This document shows, piece by piece, positions 46,368 through 56,452 of a stretch of 64,000 bases of DNA. Where the stretch lies: the IMG/VR virus record IMGVR_UViG_2895476258_000013, positions 1 through 64,000 of that record, one strand, 5' to 3'. A program made the position numbers and the translations under genes. This DNA is from a virus (taxonomy: Duplodnaviria > Caudoviricetes). How positions within the stretch are numbered: position 1 is the stretch's first letter; each line of letters opens with the position of its first letter. The notes beneath the pieces are model-generated. The model saw only the letters and a list, made by a program, of their open reading frames with translations. It had not been told where the DNA came from and did no database searches.

Positions 46368-46925
46368 ATGTCCGAACCGACACCAGCGGTCGACGTCGAG
46401 CAGATGCTTGCCGAGGCTGTTTCCACGCCAGAACTGTCCGCGCCCGAGTCTCAGGCGCAGGAGCCCGACACGGGCACCGCACCGAAGGACTGGCAGGCCG
46501 AGGCCACCAAGTGGAAGTCCCTGGCCAGAAAGCACGAGTCAACGGCCAAGACCCACGCCGACGCGGCGAAGCGTCTCGCAGAGATTGAAGACGCGCAGAA
46601 GACCGAGCAGCAGCGCCTCCAAGAACAGGCGACGGCCGCTGAGCAGCGAGCAACGAAGCTGCAAGCGGCGAACGCGCGTCTTCTGGCTGCCGCGACGTAC
46701 GGCATCCCGGCCGATCTGATCGACCTGCTCGGCGACGGAGACGAAGAGCAGATCAACGAGCGGGCCCGCCTGCTCGCCGAGAGGCTCGCCGCCGCTGTCC
46801 CGCCGCCGGCATCCACGGCGCCGGTCAACAGCCGGCCGGTGGAGTCGCTCAAGCCGGGTGCGGCTCCTGCCGCGTCCGAGCCTGACCCGGACGCGTGGCT
46901 GCGCCGCATGGCCGGCCGCACCTAA
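46368..46925 (+). CDS. Capsid scaffolding protein
   Basis: KWKSLARKHE...EDAQKTEQQR coiled coil, upstream of capsid gene. Confidence 0.85.
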   Translation: MSEPTPAVDVEQMLAEAVSTPELSAPESQAQEPDTGTAPKDWQAEATKWKSLARKHESTAKTHADAAKRLAEIEDAQKTEQQRLQEQATAAEQRATKLQAANARLLAAATYGIPADLIDLLGDGDEEQINERARLLAERLAAAVPPPASTAPVNSRPVESLKPGAAPAASEPDPDAWLRRMAGRT

Positions 46926-47000
46926 CCATCCATTCATCGCAGCAACCGGATTCCTGCACGGGGCCCGGGGCCGCTGCATGCCTGAAAGTGAGGTTGCCCC

Positions 47001-47945
47001 GTGCCCTACAACTCCATCATCAGCAGGGACGCCAGCAACGACCCGCTCGTCCCGACGCCAGTGTCGGCGCAGATCATTCAGGAGATGCCCGCCAGTTCGG
47101 TGATGCTGCAGCGGGCCCTCCAGCGGCGCCTGTCCAGCAAGACCCAGCGTCAGCCCGTTCTCGATGTGCTGCCGACCGCGTACTTCGTGTCCGGTGATAC
47201 CGGATTGAAGCAGTCCGGCACCCAGGACTGGAAGAACGTGGAGCTCGTGGTCGAGGAGCTCGCCGTGATCGTGCCGATCCCGGAGGCGTACCTGGACGAC
47301 GCTCAGGTGCCGATCTGGGACGAGGTCCGGCCGCGCATCGTGGAGGCGTTCGGCAACAAGATCGACGCAGCGTGCCTGTTCGGGACGGACAAGCCGTCCA
47401 CGTGGGGCGCCCCGATCTACCAGAGCGCCGTCGCCGCGGGCAACGTGGTGACCGCTGGAGCCGACCTGTCGAAGAACGTCGCCGAGCTGGGTGAACTGCT
47501 GGCCAAGGACGGCTTCCCTGTGAACGGGTTCGCGTCCCGCCCGGGGCTGAACTGGAAGCTCGTCGGCCTTCGGACGACTGACGGGCAGGCGATCTACCAG
47601 CCGGACCTGCAGGGCCGTCCTGGCGGCACCCTGTACGGCTACCCGCTGAACGAGGTGTCCAACGGCTCGTGGGACGCGACCGAGGCTGAGCTGATCGCGG
47701 GCGACTGGTCCAAGGCGATCATCGGTCTGCGGCAGGACATCAGCTTCAAGATGTTCACCGAGGGTGTCATCACCGACGGCTCCAACGCCGTCGTGCTGAA
47801 CCTGATGCAGCAGGACGCGGTCGCGCTCCGCGCCGTCATGCGGATCGCCTACGCCACCGCAAACCCGGTGACGCGGCTCAACGCCAGCGCGTCCACCCGC
47901 TACCCGTTCGGCGTCCTCCGAGCGGCTTCCTACACCTACTCCTGA
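47001..47945 (+). CDS. Major capsid protein (HK97 fold)
   Basis: AYFV, EELAVIVPIPE, GDWSKA, ALRAVMRIAY. Confidence 0.92.
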   Translation: MPYNSIISRDASNDPLVPTPVSAQIIQEMPASSVMLQRALQRRLSSKTQRQPVLDVLPTAYFVSGDTGLKQSGTQDWKNVELVVEELAVIVPIPEAYLDDAQVPIWDEVRPRIVEAFGNKIDAACLFGTDKPSTWGAPIYQSAVAAGNVVTAGADLSKNVAELGELLAKDGFPVNGFASRPGLNWKLVGLRTTDGQAIYQPDLQGRPGGTLYGYPLNEVSNGSWDATEAELIAGDWSKAIIGLRQDISFKMFTEGVITDGSNAVVLNLMQQDAVALRAVMRIAYATANPVTRLNASASTRYPFGVLRAASYTYS

Positions 47946-47953
47946 TCCCGCGC

Positions 47954-47982
47954 GCCACCCCAGAGCCCCGCTCTGGGGTGGC
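47954..47982 (+). terminator. 13-bp perfect hairpin after the capsid gene
   Basis: GCCACCCCAGAGC-ccc-GCTCTGGGGTGGC; no U tract. Confidence 0.5.
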
Positions 47983-48000
47983 ATCCATGGAGGCTCTTTG

Positions 48001-48996
48001 ATGCGTGTCCTCGCCATGCTCCACCTGTATCCGCCGGCCGGGAACGCCGGCGCCGAGTGGGCGATGCACACCCTGCTCGCCGCTCTGGTGACGGCGGGCC
48101 ACGACGTGGACGTCCTGATGATCGAACCGCATCGGGAGATGAGCGAGCCGTACACGCTGGACGGGGTGCGTGTGCACCCCCGCCGCGGCAAGGGCGACCC
48201 GTTCGAGTGGCTGCTGTCGGACCGGGCGCCACACGTGATCGTCACACATCTGATGAACACGCCCAGGGCAACCGTGCTGGGGGAGATGTACGGCATCCCC
48301 GTCGTGCACGTCCTGCACAACGACCACGACCACGAACGGTCCTGGCTGGTCCGAGGCCCCGACCTGGTCGTCTACAACAGCGAGTGGGTGCAACGTTCCT
48401 GCCTGGACTGGTGGAAGGACACCCAGACCGGCACGCCTCCGCCCGGGGTCGTGGTTCGCCCGCCGGTCATCGCGGAGGACTACGCCACCGAGCCGGGCGA
48501 CCGCGTCACGTTGATCAACATGTGTGAGAACAAGGGCGCTCGCCTGTTCTGGGCGCTCGCCAAGCGCATGCCCAAGATGAGGTTCCTCGCAGTCAAAGGC
48601 GCCTACGGAGCCCAGATCGTCCAGGACCTCCCCAACGTCGATGTGCAGGAGCACGTGCCCGGCGGCCAGATGCGCGAGCAGGTGTACGCACGCACGCGGG
48701 TGCTGTTGGTGCCGTCGTCGTACGAGTCGTGGGGCAGGGTCGCGGCCGAGGCGATGGCATCCGGCATCCCGGTGGTGGCTCACCCGACTCCGGGCCTGCT
48801 GGAGTCGTGCGGCGACGCCGGCATCTTCTGCGACCGCGACGACATCGACGCCTGGGAACGGCAGATCCGCCGCCTGTCCAAGCACCTGGCGTGGAAGAGC
48901 GCTTCGGCGAAAGCGCTGGCCCGCTCACGAGAACTCGACCCGTCCGCAGACCTGGACCGGTGGGTGTCCGCCATCCAAACCGTCGCAAAGGGGTGA
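48001..48996 (+). CDS. GT-B fold (GT4-like) glycosyltransferase
   Basis: HLYPP..NAGAE, VYNSEW, LVPSSYESWGRVAAEAMASGIPVV. Confidence 0.9.
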   Translation: MRVLAMLHLYPPAGNAGAEWAMHTLLAALVTAGHDVDVLMIEPHREMSEPYTLDGVRVHPRRGKGDPFEWLLSDRAPHVIVTHLMNTPRATVLGEMYGIPVVHVLHNDHDHERSWLVRGPDLVVYNSEWVQRSCLDWWKDTQTGTPPPGVVVRPPVIAEDYATEPGDRVTLINMCENKGARLFWALAKRMPKMRFLAVKGAYGAQIVQDLPNVDVQEHVPGGQMREQVYARTRVLLVPSSYESWGRVAAEAMASGIPVVAHPTPGLLESCGDAGIFCDRDDIDAWERQIRRLSKHLAWKSASAKALARSRELDPSADLDRWVSAIQTVAKG

Positions 48997-48999
48997 CCG

Positions 49000-49620
49000 G
49001 TGGCAACCCTGGCCAGCAAATGCGCCCTCGAAACCCGACTGGGGCGTGTCCTGTCCGCTGAGGAGGGGGCCCGCGCTGACGCGCTACTGGAGGACGCGTC
49101 CGCGCTGGTGCGGTCCTACACGCGCCAGGACTTCGCGCCGCCCGCCTCCGAAACCGTAGTCCTGCGCGCATCATCGGGCGTGGTCAGGTTGCCGAAAACA
49201 CCGGTCACAGCCGTGACCGCGGTGGTCGCGGTAGGAGTCGGCGGAGGCCCAGATCTCGCGCTGGCCGGGTGGGTGTTCGACGGCATCGACGTCATCGACG
49301 TGGCCGGCTGGGACTCGCTCATCATCAACCTGCCCGAAACCCTGCACGACACCTGCCTTCCGCCCACCTACCGCGTCACCTACGCGCCCGGCTACGCCGC
49401 TGTGCCCGCGGACGTGGTGGCGGTGGTGTGCGCGATGGCCATGCGCACCCTGACCGCGCCCACCATGGCCGCCGGCGTCACGTCGGAGACCATCGGGTCG
49501 TACTCCTACCGGCTCGATTCCGGCGGCATCGGCACGTCCGTGCAGATGGGCGCGTCCGAGAAGATGGTGCTGGACCGGTACCGGCGCAAGGCCGACACGA
49601 TCACCGTGCGGATGCGATGA
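49000..49620 (+). CDS. Head-to-tail adaptor
   Basis: LLEDASALVRSY...VPADVVAVVC...SETIGSYSY. Confidence 0.8.
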   Translation: MATLASKCALETRLGRVLSAEEGARADALLEDASALVRSYTRQDFAPPASETVVLRASSGVVRLPKTPVTAVTAVVAVGVGGGPDLALAGWVFDGIDVIDVAGWDSLIINLPETLHDTCLPPTYRVTYAPGYAAVPADVVAVVCAMAMRTLTAPTMAAGVTSETIGSYSYRLDSGGIGTSVQMGASEKMVLDRYRRKADTITVRMR

Positions 49621-49955
49621 TCCCCGCCAGGCTGCTGCCGCTGACCGTCATCAAGGTCCGGCCGGCGACATCAACGGACCGATACGGCAACACCGAGCTC
49701 GACTACGGGGCCGCAGCCAGCCGCATCGCCGTCGCGGCGTGGATCGATCAGGCGTCCGCGTCGGAGGACACCCCGAACGGGCGTGACGTGATCGTCGGCG
49801 TGTGGAAACTCATCACCAACCACACCGACCTCGACGCCGCCGACCGCATCGAATGGGGCAGCAGCATCTACGAACTCGACGGCCCTGCCTGGCCCGTCCA
49901 CACCCCGGCCGGACTGCACCACCTCGAGGCCAGACTGCGCAGAGTGGAGGGCTGA
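49617..49955 (+). CDS. Head-to-tail stopper
   Basis: DRYGN...DRIEW...YELDG...HHLEARLRRVEG. Confidence 0.8.
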   Translation: MIPARLLPLTVIKVRPATSTDRYGNTELDYGAAASRIAVAAWIDQASASEDTPNGRDVIVGVWKLITNHTDLDAADRIEWGSSIYELDGPAWPVHTPAGLHHLEARLRRVEG

Positions 49956-50230
49956 TGGCTGTCCGCGTCGTGCTCAACCCCGTGGGAATGCGGGAGATGC
50001 TCCGCTCAAAGGAGGTAGAGCGGGACTTGCTGCGCCGCGGTAAGCAGGTCGCCTCCACCGCCGAGGCGATCGGTCATCTCCCACACGAAGGTGACGTCGA
50101 GTACTACGCGGAATCCTCCGTCGGCTCAACCAGGGCACGCTGTGTCGTGGTCGCCGATCACCCGGGCGCGCTCGGCCAGGAAGAGGAGTACCGCACGCTT
50201 GGCACGGCGATCGATGCGGCGAGGCTGTAG
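49955..50230 (+). CDS. Neck/minor capsid protein
   Basis: Position and size; GMREMLRS. Confidence 0.65.
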   Translation: MAVRVVLNPVGMREMLRSKEVERDLLRRGKQVASTAEAIGHLPHEGDVEYYAESSVGSTRARCVVVADHPGALGQEEEYRTLGTAIDAARL

Positions 50231-50604
50231 TGACTTCCTATCCGGATGCCGAAGACCTGCTCATCGACTACCTGCAGCCGATCGTCGGCGTGCCCGTCCG
50301 CACCCGCGTGCCGCGCACCAGGCCCGATGTGTGGCTGCATGTGAGGCGCAGCGGCGGCGTCGATGACGTTGTCCGCGACCGGCCCCGCCTGGACGTGTTC
50401 GCCTGGGCTCCAGACGACGGCGCCACTCGAGACCTGCTGACGACCGCCCGCTCCGCCATCCACGACCTGAAGGGGACAACCCTGCTCGGGGTCACCTGCT
50501 ACCAGGTCGAAGAGTTCCTTGGCCCCACACGCGCCGACGACCGCGAGACCGGCACCCCGCGCATGTGGATGACCGTGCAGCTCAGTCTGCGAACCACCAG
50601 CTAG
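50230..50604 (+). CDS. Tail terminator
   Basis: YPDAE..LIDYL, VRRSGG, RLDVFAW. Confidence 0.8.
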   Translation: MTSYPDAEDLLIDYLQPIVGVPVRTRVPRTRPDVWLHVRRSGGVDDVVRDRPRLDVFAWAPDDGATRDLLTTARSAIHDLKGTTLLGVTCYQVEEFLGPTRADDRETGTPRMWMTVQLSLRTTS

Positions 50605-50671
50605 ACCCGCGCATCCAACTGATCCGGCCGTCCGCGCCGGTGTTTCTGCTGCTCACCGAAGGGTTAACACC

Positions 50672-51223
50672 ATGACGCTTGACGCACAGAAGGTGCGCGT
50701 TGCCGTCACAGGCGCGGTTTACGCTGGCCCGACCTCCTCCACCGCCCCCACGTCGGCCGTATCGGCCGTCCCAGCCGGGTACAACGATCTCGGCTATATC
50801 TCTGAGGACGGCGTCACCGAGGCGTACGACGAGGACGTCCAGGACATCCAGGCGTGGCAGGGCGGCGCGATCGTCCGCACGCTGATCTCTTCGTCGAAGG
50901 CGTCGCTGTCCTTCACGATGATCGAGTCGAAGGCCAGCACGCTGGAGCTGTACCACAAGGGCTCCACGATGGAGGCCGTCTCCGGCGGCTACAAGATCGA
51001 CGTGAAGTTGCCCAACGTCGTGAGGAAGAAGTTCATCCTCGACGTCCTCGACGGCTCCACTCACCTGCGCATCTACGTGCCGGACGGTGAGGTCACCGAG
51101 CGCGGCGAGATCACCTACATCAACGACGAGACCATCTCGTACAACGTCACGATCACCTGCTACCCCGTCGCCGACGTCGTCATGACCAAGTACTCCGATG
51201 ACGCCTACTGGGGATATTCGTGA
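50672..51223 (+). CDS. Major tail protein
   Basis: DLGYISEDGV, IQAWQGG, ERGEITY. Confidence 0.9.
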   Translation: MTLDAQKVRVAVTGAVYAGPTSSTAPTSAVSAVPAGYNDLGYISEDGVTEAYDEDVQDIQAWQGGAIVRTLISSSKASLSFTMIESKASTLELYHKGSTMEAVSGGYKIDVKLPNVVRKKFILDVLDGSTHLRIYVPDGEVTERGEITYINDETISYNVTITCYPVADVVMTKYSDDAYWGYS

Positions 51224-51320
51224 TCGTTTTCTGAGACTCCGGGGTGGGAGCGAATCGCGCGGGTCCGCACCCACCCCGGTATCACCATGCACCCGCGCGA
51301 CCGCATGAAAGGACCCGCGC

Positions 51321-51665
51321 ATGACCACGAGAAGTCCCCGCTCCGTCAAGCCTGCGAAGCCGGCCAAGGCGTTCGACCTGGACGCCGTCGAAGCCGAAGA
51401 AGCGGGCGAACGGTTCGAATTCATCTTCGGCGGACGCACCTACAGCCTCCCGCATCTGCAGGACATCGACCGTAGCCTGCTCAACACCGCAGACCAAGGC
51501 GACATCGCGGCCATGCAGGAAGCGTTCCGGACCGGTCTCGGCGACGACTATGAGGAGTTCAACTCCCAGCCGATGAAACTGCGATCCCTCGAGGCCCTCT
51601 TCAAGGCGTGGACGGAGCACTCCGGTCTGAAGCCGGGGGAATCTCAGGCCTCCACGCGCTCCTAG
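51321..51665 (+). CDS. Tail assembly chaperone
   Basis: Between major tail and tape measure; ends after KPGES. Confidence 0.85.
   Translation: MTTRSPRSVKPAKPAKAFDLDAVEAEEAGERFEFIFGGRTYSLPHLQDIDRSLLNTADQGDIAAMQEAFRTGLGDDYEEFNSQPMKLRSLEALFKAWTEHSGLKPGESQASTRS
51635..51641 (+). other. -1 programmed frameshift site GGGGGAA
   Basis: CCG GGG GAA in frame; -1 slip joins ORF 51608-52042. Confidence 0.8.
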
Positions 51666-52042
51666 AAGAGCACGGGGAGGCGATCGAGTGGGACCTGTCC
51701 CACTACCACCATCGCAGCCTGCACGACCTGTTCAACGGCATCCTGACGTGGCGTCAGCTACGCAGCTACCTCTCCCATCTGCCGCGCGAGTCGGCTCTGG
51801 CCCGCGCTCTGCTTGGTGACGACACCATGTGGGGCCTGAACGAGCAGCTCCTCGCCATGGCCATTGACGTGCTACGGCAGGGCAATTACCAACGCGGCAA
51901 CGGCAAAGGGCCAAAACCGAAGCCCCTGCCGCGCCCCGGGGTCAAGAAAGCCGCCGAGCCACTCCGGCACGGCCGCACCGACCGCGACCCGGACGAGGTC
52001 ATCGCCTACCTGGACCGGTTCCGCCCACAGCAGTCCGCCTGA
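51638..52042 (+). CDS. Frameshifted C-terminal extension of the tail assembly chaperone
   Basis: -1 frame; EHGEAIEWDL, HLPRESAL, PKPLPRPG. Confidence 0.8.
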   Translation, partial: GISGLHALLEEHGEAIEWDLSHYHHRSLHDLFNGILTWRQLRSYLSHLPRESALARALLGDDTMWGLNEQLLAMAIDVLRQGNYQRGNGKGPKPKPLPRPGVKKAAEPLRHGRTDRDPDEVIAYLDRFRPQQSA

Positions 52043-52066
52043 CTCAACCACGCTCGGGGGTGAGGC

Positions 52067-55000
52067 ATGGCGGCCGAGGTCGGCTCTGCGTACGTCACGA
52101 TCCTTCCCAGCGCCCGCGGTTTCCGCCGGGCGTTGGAGAAGGAGCTCGACACCCCTCTCCGGGACTCGGGGCAGGACGCGGGCAAGACGCTCGGCGACGC
52201 CATCGCTTCCGAGGGGAGCCCCGCTGGCGAGAAGTTCGGCAAGAACTTCGCCAAGTCACTGATCCCCAGCCTGTCCGGCGCTACCGACGTGGTCGGCCGG
52301 TTCGGCGTCAGCATGACCGCGGCACTGCTGCCGAGCCTCGGCCAGGTCACTGCCGGCATCGCCAAAATCGGGGCCGGCGCCGGGGCGTTCGCAACCCTTG
52401 CGGCGGGAGCAGGAGCAGCGGCGGTCCAGGTGGGCGCTTTGGCTGCTGCCTTGGCCCCGGCTGCGGGTGCTTTGGCGGCTCTACCGGGTGCTGCGCTGCT
52501 CGGCGCCGCCGGCATGGGCACGCTCAAGCTCGCTCTCCAGGGCGTCAGCGAGGGGTTCGCTGCTGCTCTATCGGGCGACTACCTCAAGTTCATCGCAAAG
52601 ACCAAGGACCTCTCCCGGAACGCACAGCTCGTCTCCTACGAGTTGTTCCAGATGGCGGGCGCCTTTCAGGGCATCCAGAACGCCGCCCAGAACAGCTTCT
52701 TCGCGCCGTTCATCGGCCAGATGGAGTCGCTTCGGCCACTGCTGAACGCGCTGCGAGAAGGCGTTCGCGGCGCAGCAGGAGCGTTCGGCGAAGCCGCGTT
52801 CGAGGTCTTGCGGTTCGCCCGGTCAACGGACTCCATTTTCGCGGTCGAAGAGGTCTTCCGGATCCTCAAGAAGTCCGTGGAAGAGGTCACCCCGGCGATC
52901 CGGCCGCTCCTCGACGGGTTCCGCGACCTCGGGGTGCTCGGATCCTCGTTCCTGGGCAGCTTCGCCCCCGGGATCGCCGACGCCGCAGCCAAGTTCGGCA
53001 ACTTCCTGTCGCATGCAGTGGCGACCGGCCAGGCGCTGCAGTGGATGGAAGGCGCCGTCGTCGTCTTCCGGCAACTCGGCGCGATCATCGCCGACGTCGG
53101 CGGCATCATCCGTGGCGTCTTCGGTGCGCTGGAGACCGCGGGCACAGGGGCACTCGGTGTTCTTGGGCAGCTCGTGGACGCGGCCAACGCCTGGGTGAAC
53201 TCTGCCCGCGGCCAGGAAGCCCTGATCTCGGTCTTCCGATCGCTGGCTCAGGCCGGCCAGGCGCTCGTCCCCGTCATCACTGCGATCGCCACGGGGATCG
53301 GCCAACTGGCGCCGTTCGTGGCTGATCTGGCGACTGCGTTCGGGCCGGTCCTGACCGGCGCGGTCCAGGCGGTCGTGCCCGCTCTGGCGGCGCTCGCCCC
53401 GGGGATTATCGCGGTCATCAACGGCCTCGGTGGGGCCGTGCAGGCGCTGGGCCCTGCCCTGTTGCCGCTCGGGCAGACCATCTCGGGGCTGTTCCAGGTC
53501 GTCGCGCCTGTGTTCACTCAGATCGGGCAGGCTGTTGCTGCGCTTCTGCCCGGCGTCCAGGCGCTCGTGGCTGCGGTCGGGCAGACCATCTCCGCCCTGG
53601 GGCCTGCGTTGGGGCCGCTCGCCGCCGCGTTCTCCGCCCTCGTGGCCGCCGTGTCGCCGCTCCTGCCGGTGCTGGGACAGGTGATCGCCGTACTCGCCGG
53701 TGCACTGTCGCAGCACATCCAAAACCTGGTGCCGTTGCTGGGGCCGCTCGTGGCCGTCGTCGGGCAGTTGGTGACCGCGCTCGGCTCCGGCCTGGCGACC
53801 ACTATCACGACGCTGTCGCCCCTCTTCGGGCCGGTGGTGCAAGCCGTCACACAGTTGCTCGCCTCGTTCGCGCCGCTCATCTCGCAGGTGCTGCAGCTCG
53901 TCGCCGCGTTCGCGTCGGCTCTGCTGCCCGCGGTCGCTCAGCTTGTGCCCGTGATCGGCGGCGCGATCGTGGGCGCCCTCGGACAGCTCCTGACCGCTGT
54001 GCAGCCGCTCATCCCGGTGTTCGGCCAGATCGTCGGCATCCTGGGCGGAGCCCTGGCCACGGCGATCAACGCGTTGGCGCCGCTGATCGCGCCGATCATT
54101 GCCGGGTTCGGGCAGCTCGTGGCTGCGGTTGGCCCGTTGCTCAACCAGGTCGTTCAGCTCGCGGCGTCGCTTCTTTCGGCGCTGCTGCCTGCGCTCGCCC
54201 CGCTGATCCCGATCGTGGTCCAGATCGTCTCGGTGCTCGGCGGCGCGTTCGTCCAAGCGATCTCAACGGTCGTGCAGGCTGCGACGCCGCTCATCACCGT
54301 GCTGGGGCAGGCGCTGCAGGCCATCGGCGGCGCACTCCTGACTGCGGTCCAGTCGATCACTCCGTATATCGCCCAGTTCGGTCAGGCGATAGCCGGGCTC
54401 GCGCCGATCCTCGGCCAGATAGTGGCAGCGGCGCTGCCGGTGATGGTGCAGCTCTTCCAGACTGCGGCGCCCATCATCGGCCAGTTGGTGACCGCGTTCG
54501 GCACGCTGCTGCAGGCTCTCGCGCCGCTGCTGCCCATCGTGGTCCAGATCGCCGGCGTGATCGGCCAGACCCTGCTGTCGGTCATCTCCAGTCTGCTCCA
54601 GGCGGTCACACCGCTGCTGGGGCCGCTCGGCGAGCTGGCGGTGACGATCGGGCAGGTCCTACTGAAGGCGGTGCAGGCGGTAGCGCCGTTCGTGGTCGCC
54701 TTGGCGAAGTCGATCGCCCAGCTTGTGCCGGTGTTCGTGCCGCTGATCGAACTTGCGTCGCAGATCGCGGCGCAACTCGGCGGGATCCTCGTGCAAGCCA
54801 TCACGATCCTGGTGCAGGCGCTGACGCCGGTCCTGCCGATCATCGTGGAACTGGTGTCGCAGATCGGCACGGCCCTCGTGACAGCGCTGCAAGCGGTCGC
54901 GCCGGCGTTCCTGGCGATCGTCCAGGCCGTGGTCGGGCTGCTGCCGTCGCTCACCCCGTTGATCGGGCTGGTGGCTCAGCTGCTGCAGGCGATCGTCCCG

Positions 55001-56452
55001 TTGGTCGTCCAGTTCCTGCCGATCTTTGTGCAGCTGATTCAGACGCTCGCTCCGGTCATCGCCGCCGTGGCCGGCGTGGTGGGTCAGCTCTTGGCGGCGC
55101 TCCTGCCGGTGGCGGCCATCCTGATCGACCTCGCGTTGAAGATCCTCACCCCGTTGATCGGGATCGTCCTGCAGGTCGTTCAGGCGCTGATGCCGCTCAT
55201 CCAGGCGGTGCTGCCGGTCCTGGTGACGCTGGTGCAGGCGATCGCGCCGATCCTCGGGCTCGTCGCCAACGTGTTCGGGCAGATCTTGCAGGCGGTCTCG
55301 CCGCTGATCGACGTGCTGCTGCAGCTCGTGATGGCGGTGTTGTCGCCGCTCCTTCCGCTGATCGAGGCGATCGCGCCGATCCTCACCTCGCTGATCGGCA
55401 TCTTCGCCCAGCTGGTGACCGCGGTCATGCCTCTGATCGAGATCCTGCTGAACTTGATCGTGTCGGTGCTCACGCCGCTGATCGAGATCATCGCGACGGT
55501 CATCTCGTGGCTCGTCGACAAACTCGCGGTCGCCATCGAATGGGTGGCCGGCATCATCGAAGTCGCGATCACGGCGATCGCCGACGTCTTCCAGTGGCTG
55601 TATGACCTGCTGGTCGGCAACAGCATCATCCCCGACCTGATCCAAGGCATCAGGGATTGGTTCCAGAAGGGCGTCGACTGGGTCAAGGGAATCATCGCTT
55701 GGTTCGGCGAGTTGCCGGGCATGATCGGCGCCTGGCTGGGCCAGGTCGTGACCTGGGTCCAGACCAAATGGGCTTTGATCAGGGAATACATCGCCGACAA
55801 GATCAACGACATTCGGGAGACGATCTCCCGCATCCTGGCCCAGATCGGCGAGCGCTGGAACACCTTCTGGGACACCGTCCGCACCTTCGTCTCCGGCAAG
55901 TTCAACGAGATCAAGACAGCGATCAGCGGAAAGATCGACGAGGTTCTCCAGTTCTTCAGAGACCTGCCTGGTCGAATCGGCGCCGCGCTCGGCAACCTGG
56001 GCTCGACTCTCTATAACGCCGGACGCGACTTGATCGTGGGCCTGTGGAACGGCCTCGTGTCCATGTGGGAGTGGTTCAAGACCGCGATCTACAACTTCTT
56101 CGCGGGGATCATGCCGCAGTGGGTGAAGGACGCTCTCGGCATCGCGAGCCCCAGCAAGGTGTTCATGGCGATGGGCCGGGAGCTGCCCGCGGGCATGGCA
56201 CTCGGCATCGAGAAGGCGTCCGGGCTGGTCGAGAATGCCGTCGCTGGGCTCGCGGGTACAGCGTCGATCGCCGCGACAACCGATGTGTCCGTCGCTTCGC
56301 CCAACGCTGGCGGCATCACCGTGGCGGGTGACCTGGTGCTGCCGGTGGACGGGCTGATCCTCGATCTGCGCAAGCCGGACCAGGCCGTCCGCCAGTTCCT
56401 GGAGCAGGTCCGTGAGGGCCTGCGCGGTCTGGAGAAGGAGGCGTTTGCGTGA
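52067..56452 (+). CDS. Tape measure protein
   Basis: 1461 aa; AEVGSAYVTILPS start, long amphipathic repeats, GIASPSKVF. Confidence 0.95.
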   Translation: MAAEVGSAYVTILPSARGFRRALEKELDTPLRDSGQDAGKTLGDAIASEGSPAGEKFGKNFAKSLIPSLSGATDVVGRFGVSMTAALLPSLGQVTAGIAKIGAGAGAFATLAAGAGAAAVQVGALAAALAPAAGALAALPGAALLGAAGMGTLKLALQGVSEGFAAALSGDYLKFIAKTKDLSRNAQLVSYELFQMAGAFQGIQNAAQNSFFAPFIGQMESLRPLLNALREGVRGAAGAFGEAAFEVLRFARSTDSIFAVEEVFRILKKSVEEVTPAIRPLLDGFRDLGVLGSSFLGSFAPGIADAAAKFGNFLSHAVATGQALQWMEGAVVVFRQLGAIIADVGGIIRGVFGALETAGTGALGVLGQLVDAANAWVNSARGQEALISVFRSLAQAGQALVPVITAIATGIGQLAPFVADLATAFGPVLTGAVQAVVPALAALAPGIIAVINGLGGAVQALGPALLPLGQTISGLFQVVAPVFTQIGQAVAALLPGVQALVAAVGQTISALGPALGPLAAAFSALVAAVSPLLPVLGQVIAVLAGALSQHIQNLVPLLGPLVAVVGQLVTALGSGLATTITTLSPLFGPVVQAVTQLLASFAPLISQVLQLVAAFASALLPAVAQLVPVIGGAIVGALGQLLTAVQPLIPVFGQIVGILGGALATAINALAPLIAPIIAGFGQLVAAVGPLLNQVVQLAASLLSALLPALAPLIPIVVQIVSVLGGAFVQAISTVVQAATPLITVLGQALQAIGGALLTAVQSITPYIAQFGQAIAGLAPILGQIVAAALPVMVQLFQTAAPIIGQLVTAFGTLLQALAPLLPIVVQIAGVIGQTLLSVISSLLQAVTPLLGPLGELAVTIGQVLLKAVQAVAPFVVALAKSIAQLVPVFVPLIELASQIAAQLGGILVQAITILVQALTPVLPIIVELVSQIGTALVTALQAVAPAFLAIVQAVVGLLPSLTPLIGLVAQLLQAIVPLVVQFLPIFVQLIQTLAPVIAAVAGVVGQLLAALLPVAAILIDLALKILTPLIGIVLQVVQALMPLIQAVLPVLVTLVQAIAPILGLVANVFGQILQAVSPLIDVLLQLVMAVLSPLLPLIEAIAPILTSLIGIFAQLVTAVMPLIEILLNLIVSVLTPLIEIIATVISWLVDKLAVAIEWVAGIIEVAITAIADVFQWLYDLLVGNSIIPDLIQGIRDWFQKGVDWVKGIIAWFGELPGMIGAWLGQVVTWVQTKWALIREYIADKINDIRETISRILAQIGERWNTFWDTVRTFVSGKFNEIKTAISGKIDEVLQFFRDLPGRIGAALGNLGSTLYNAGRDLIVGLWNGLVSMWEWFKTAIYNFFAGIMPQWVKDALGIASPSKVFMAMGRELPAGMALGIEKASGLVENAVAGLAGTASIAATTDVSVASPNAGGITVAGDLVLPVDGLILDLRKPDQAVRQFLEQVREGLRGLEKEAFA

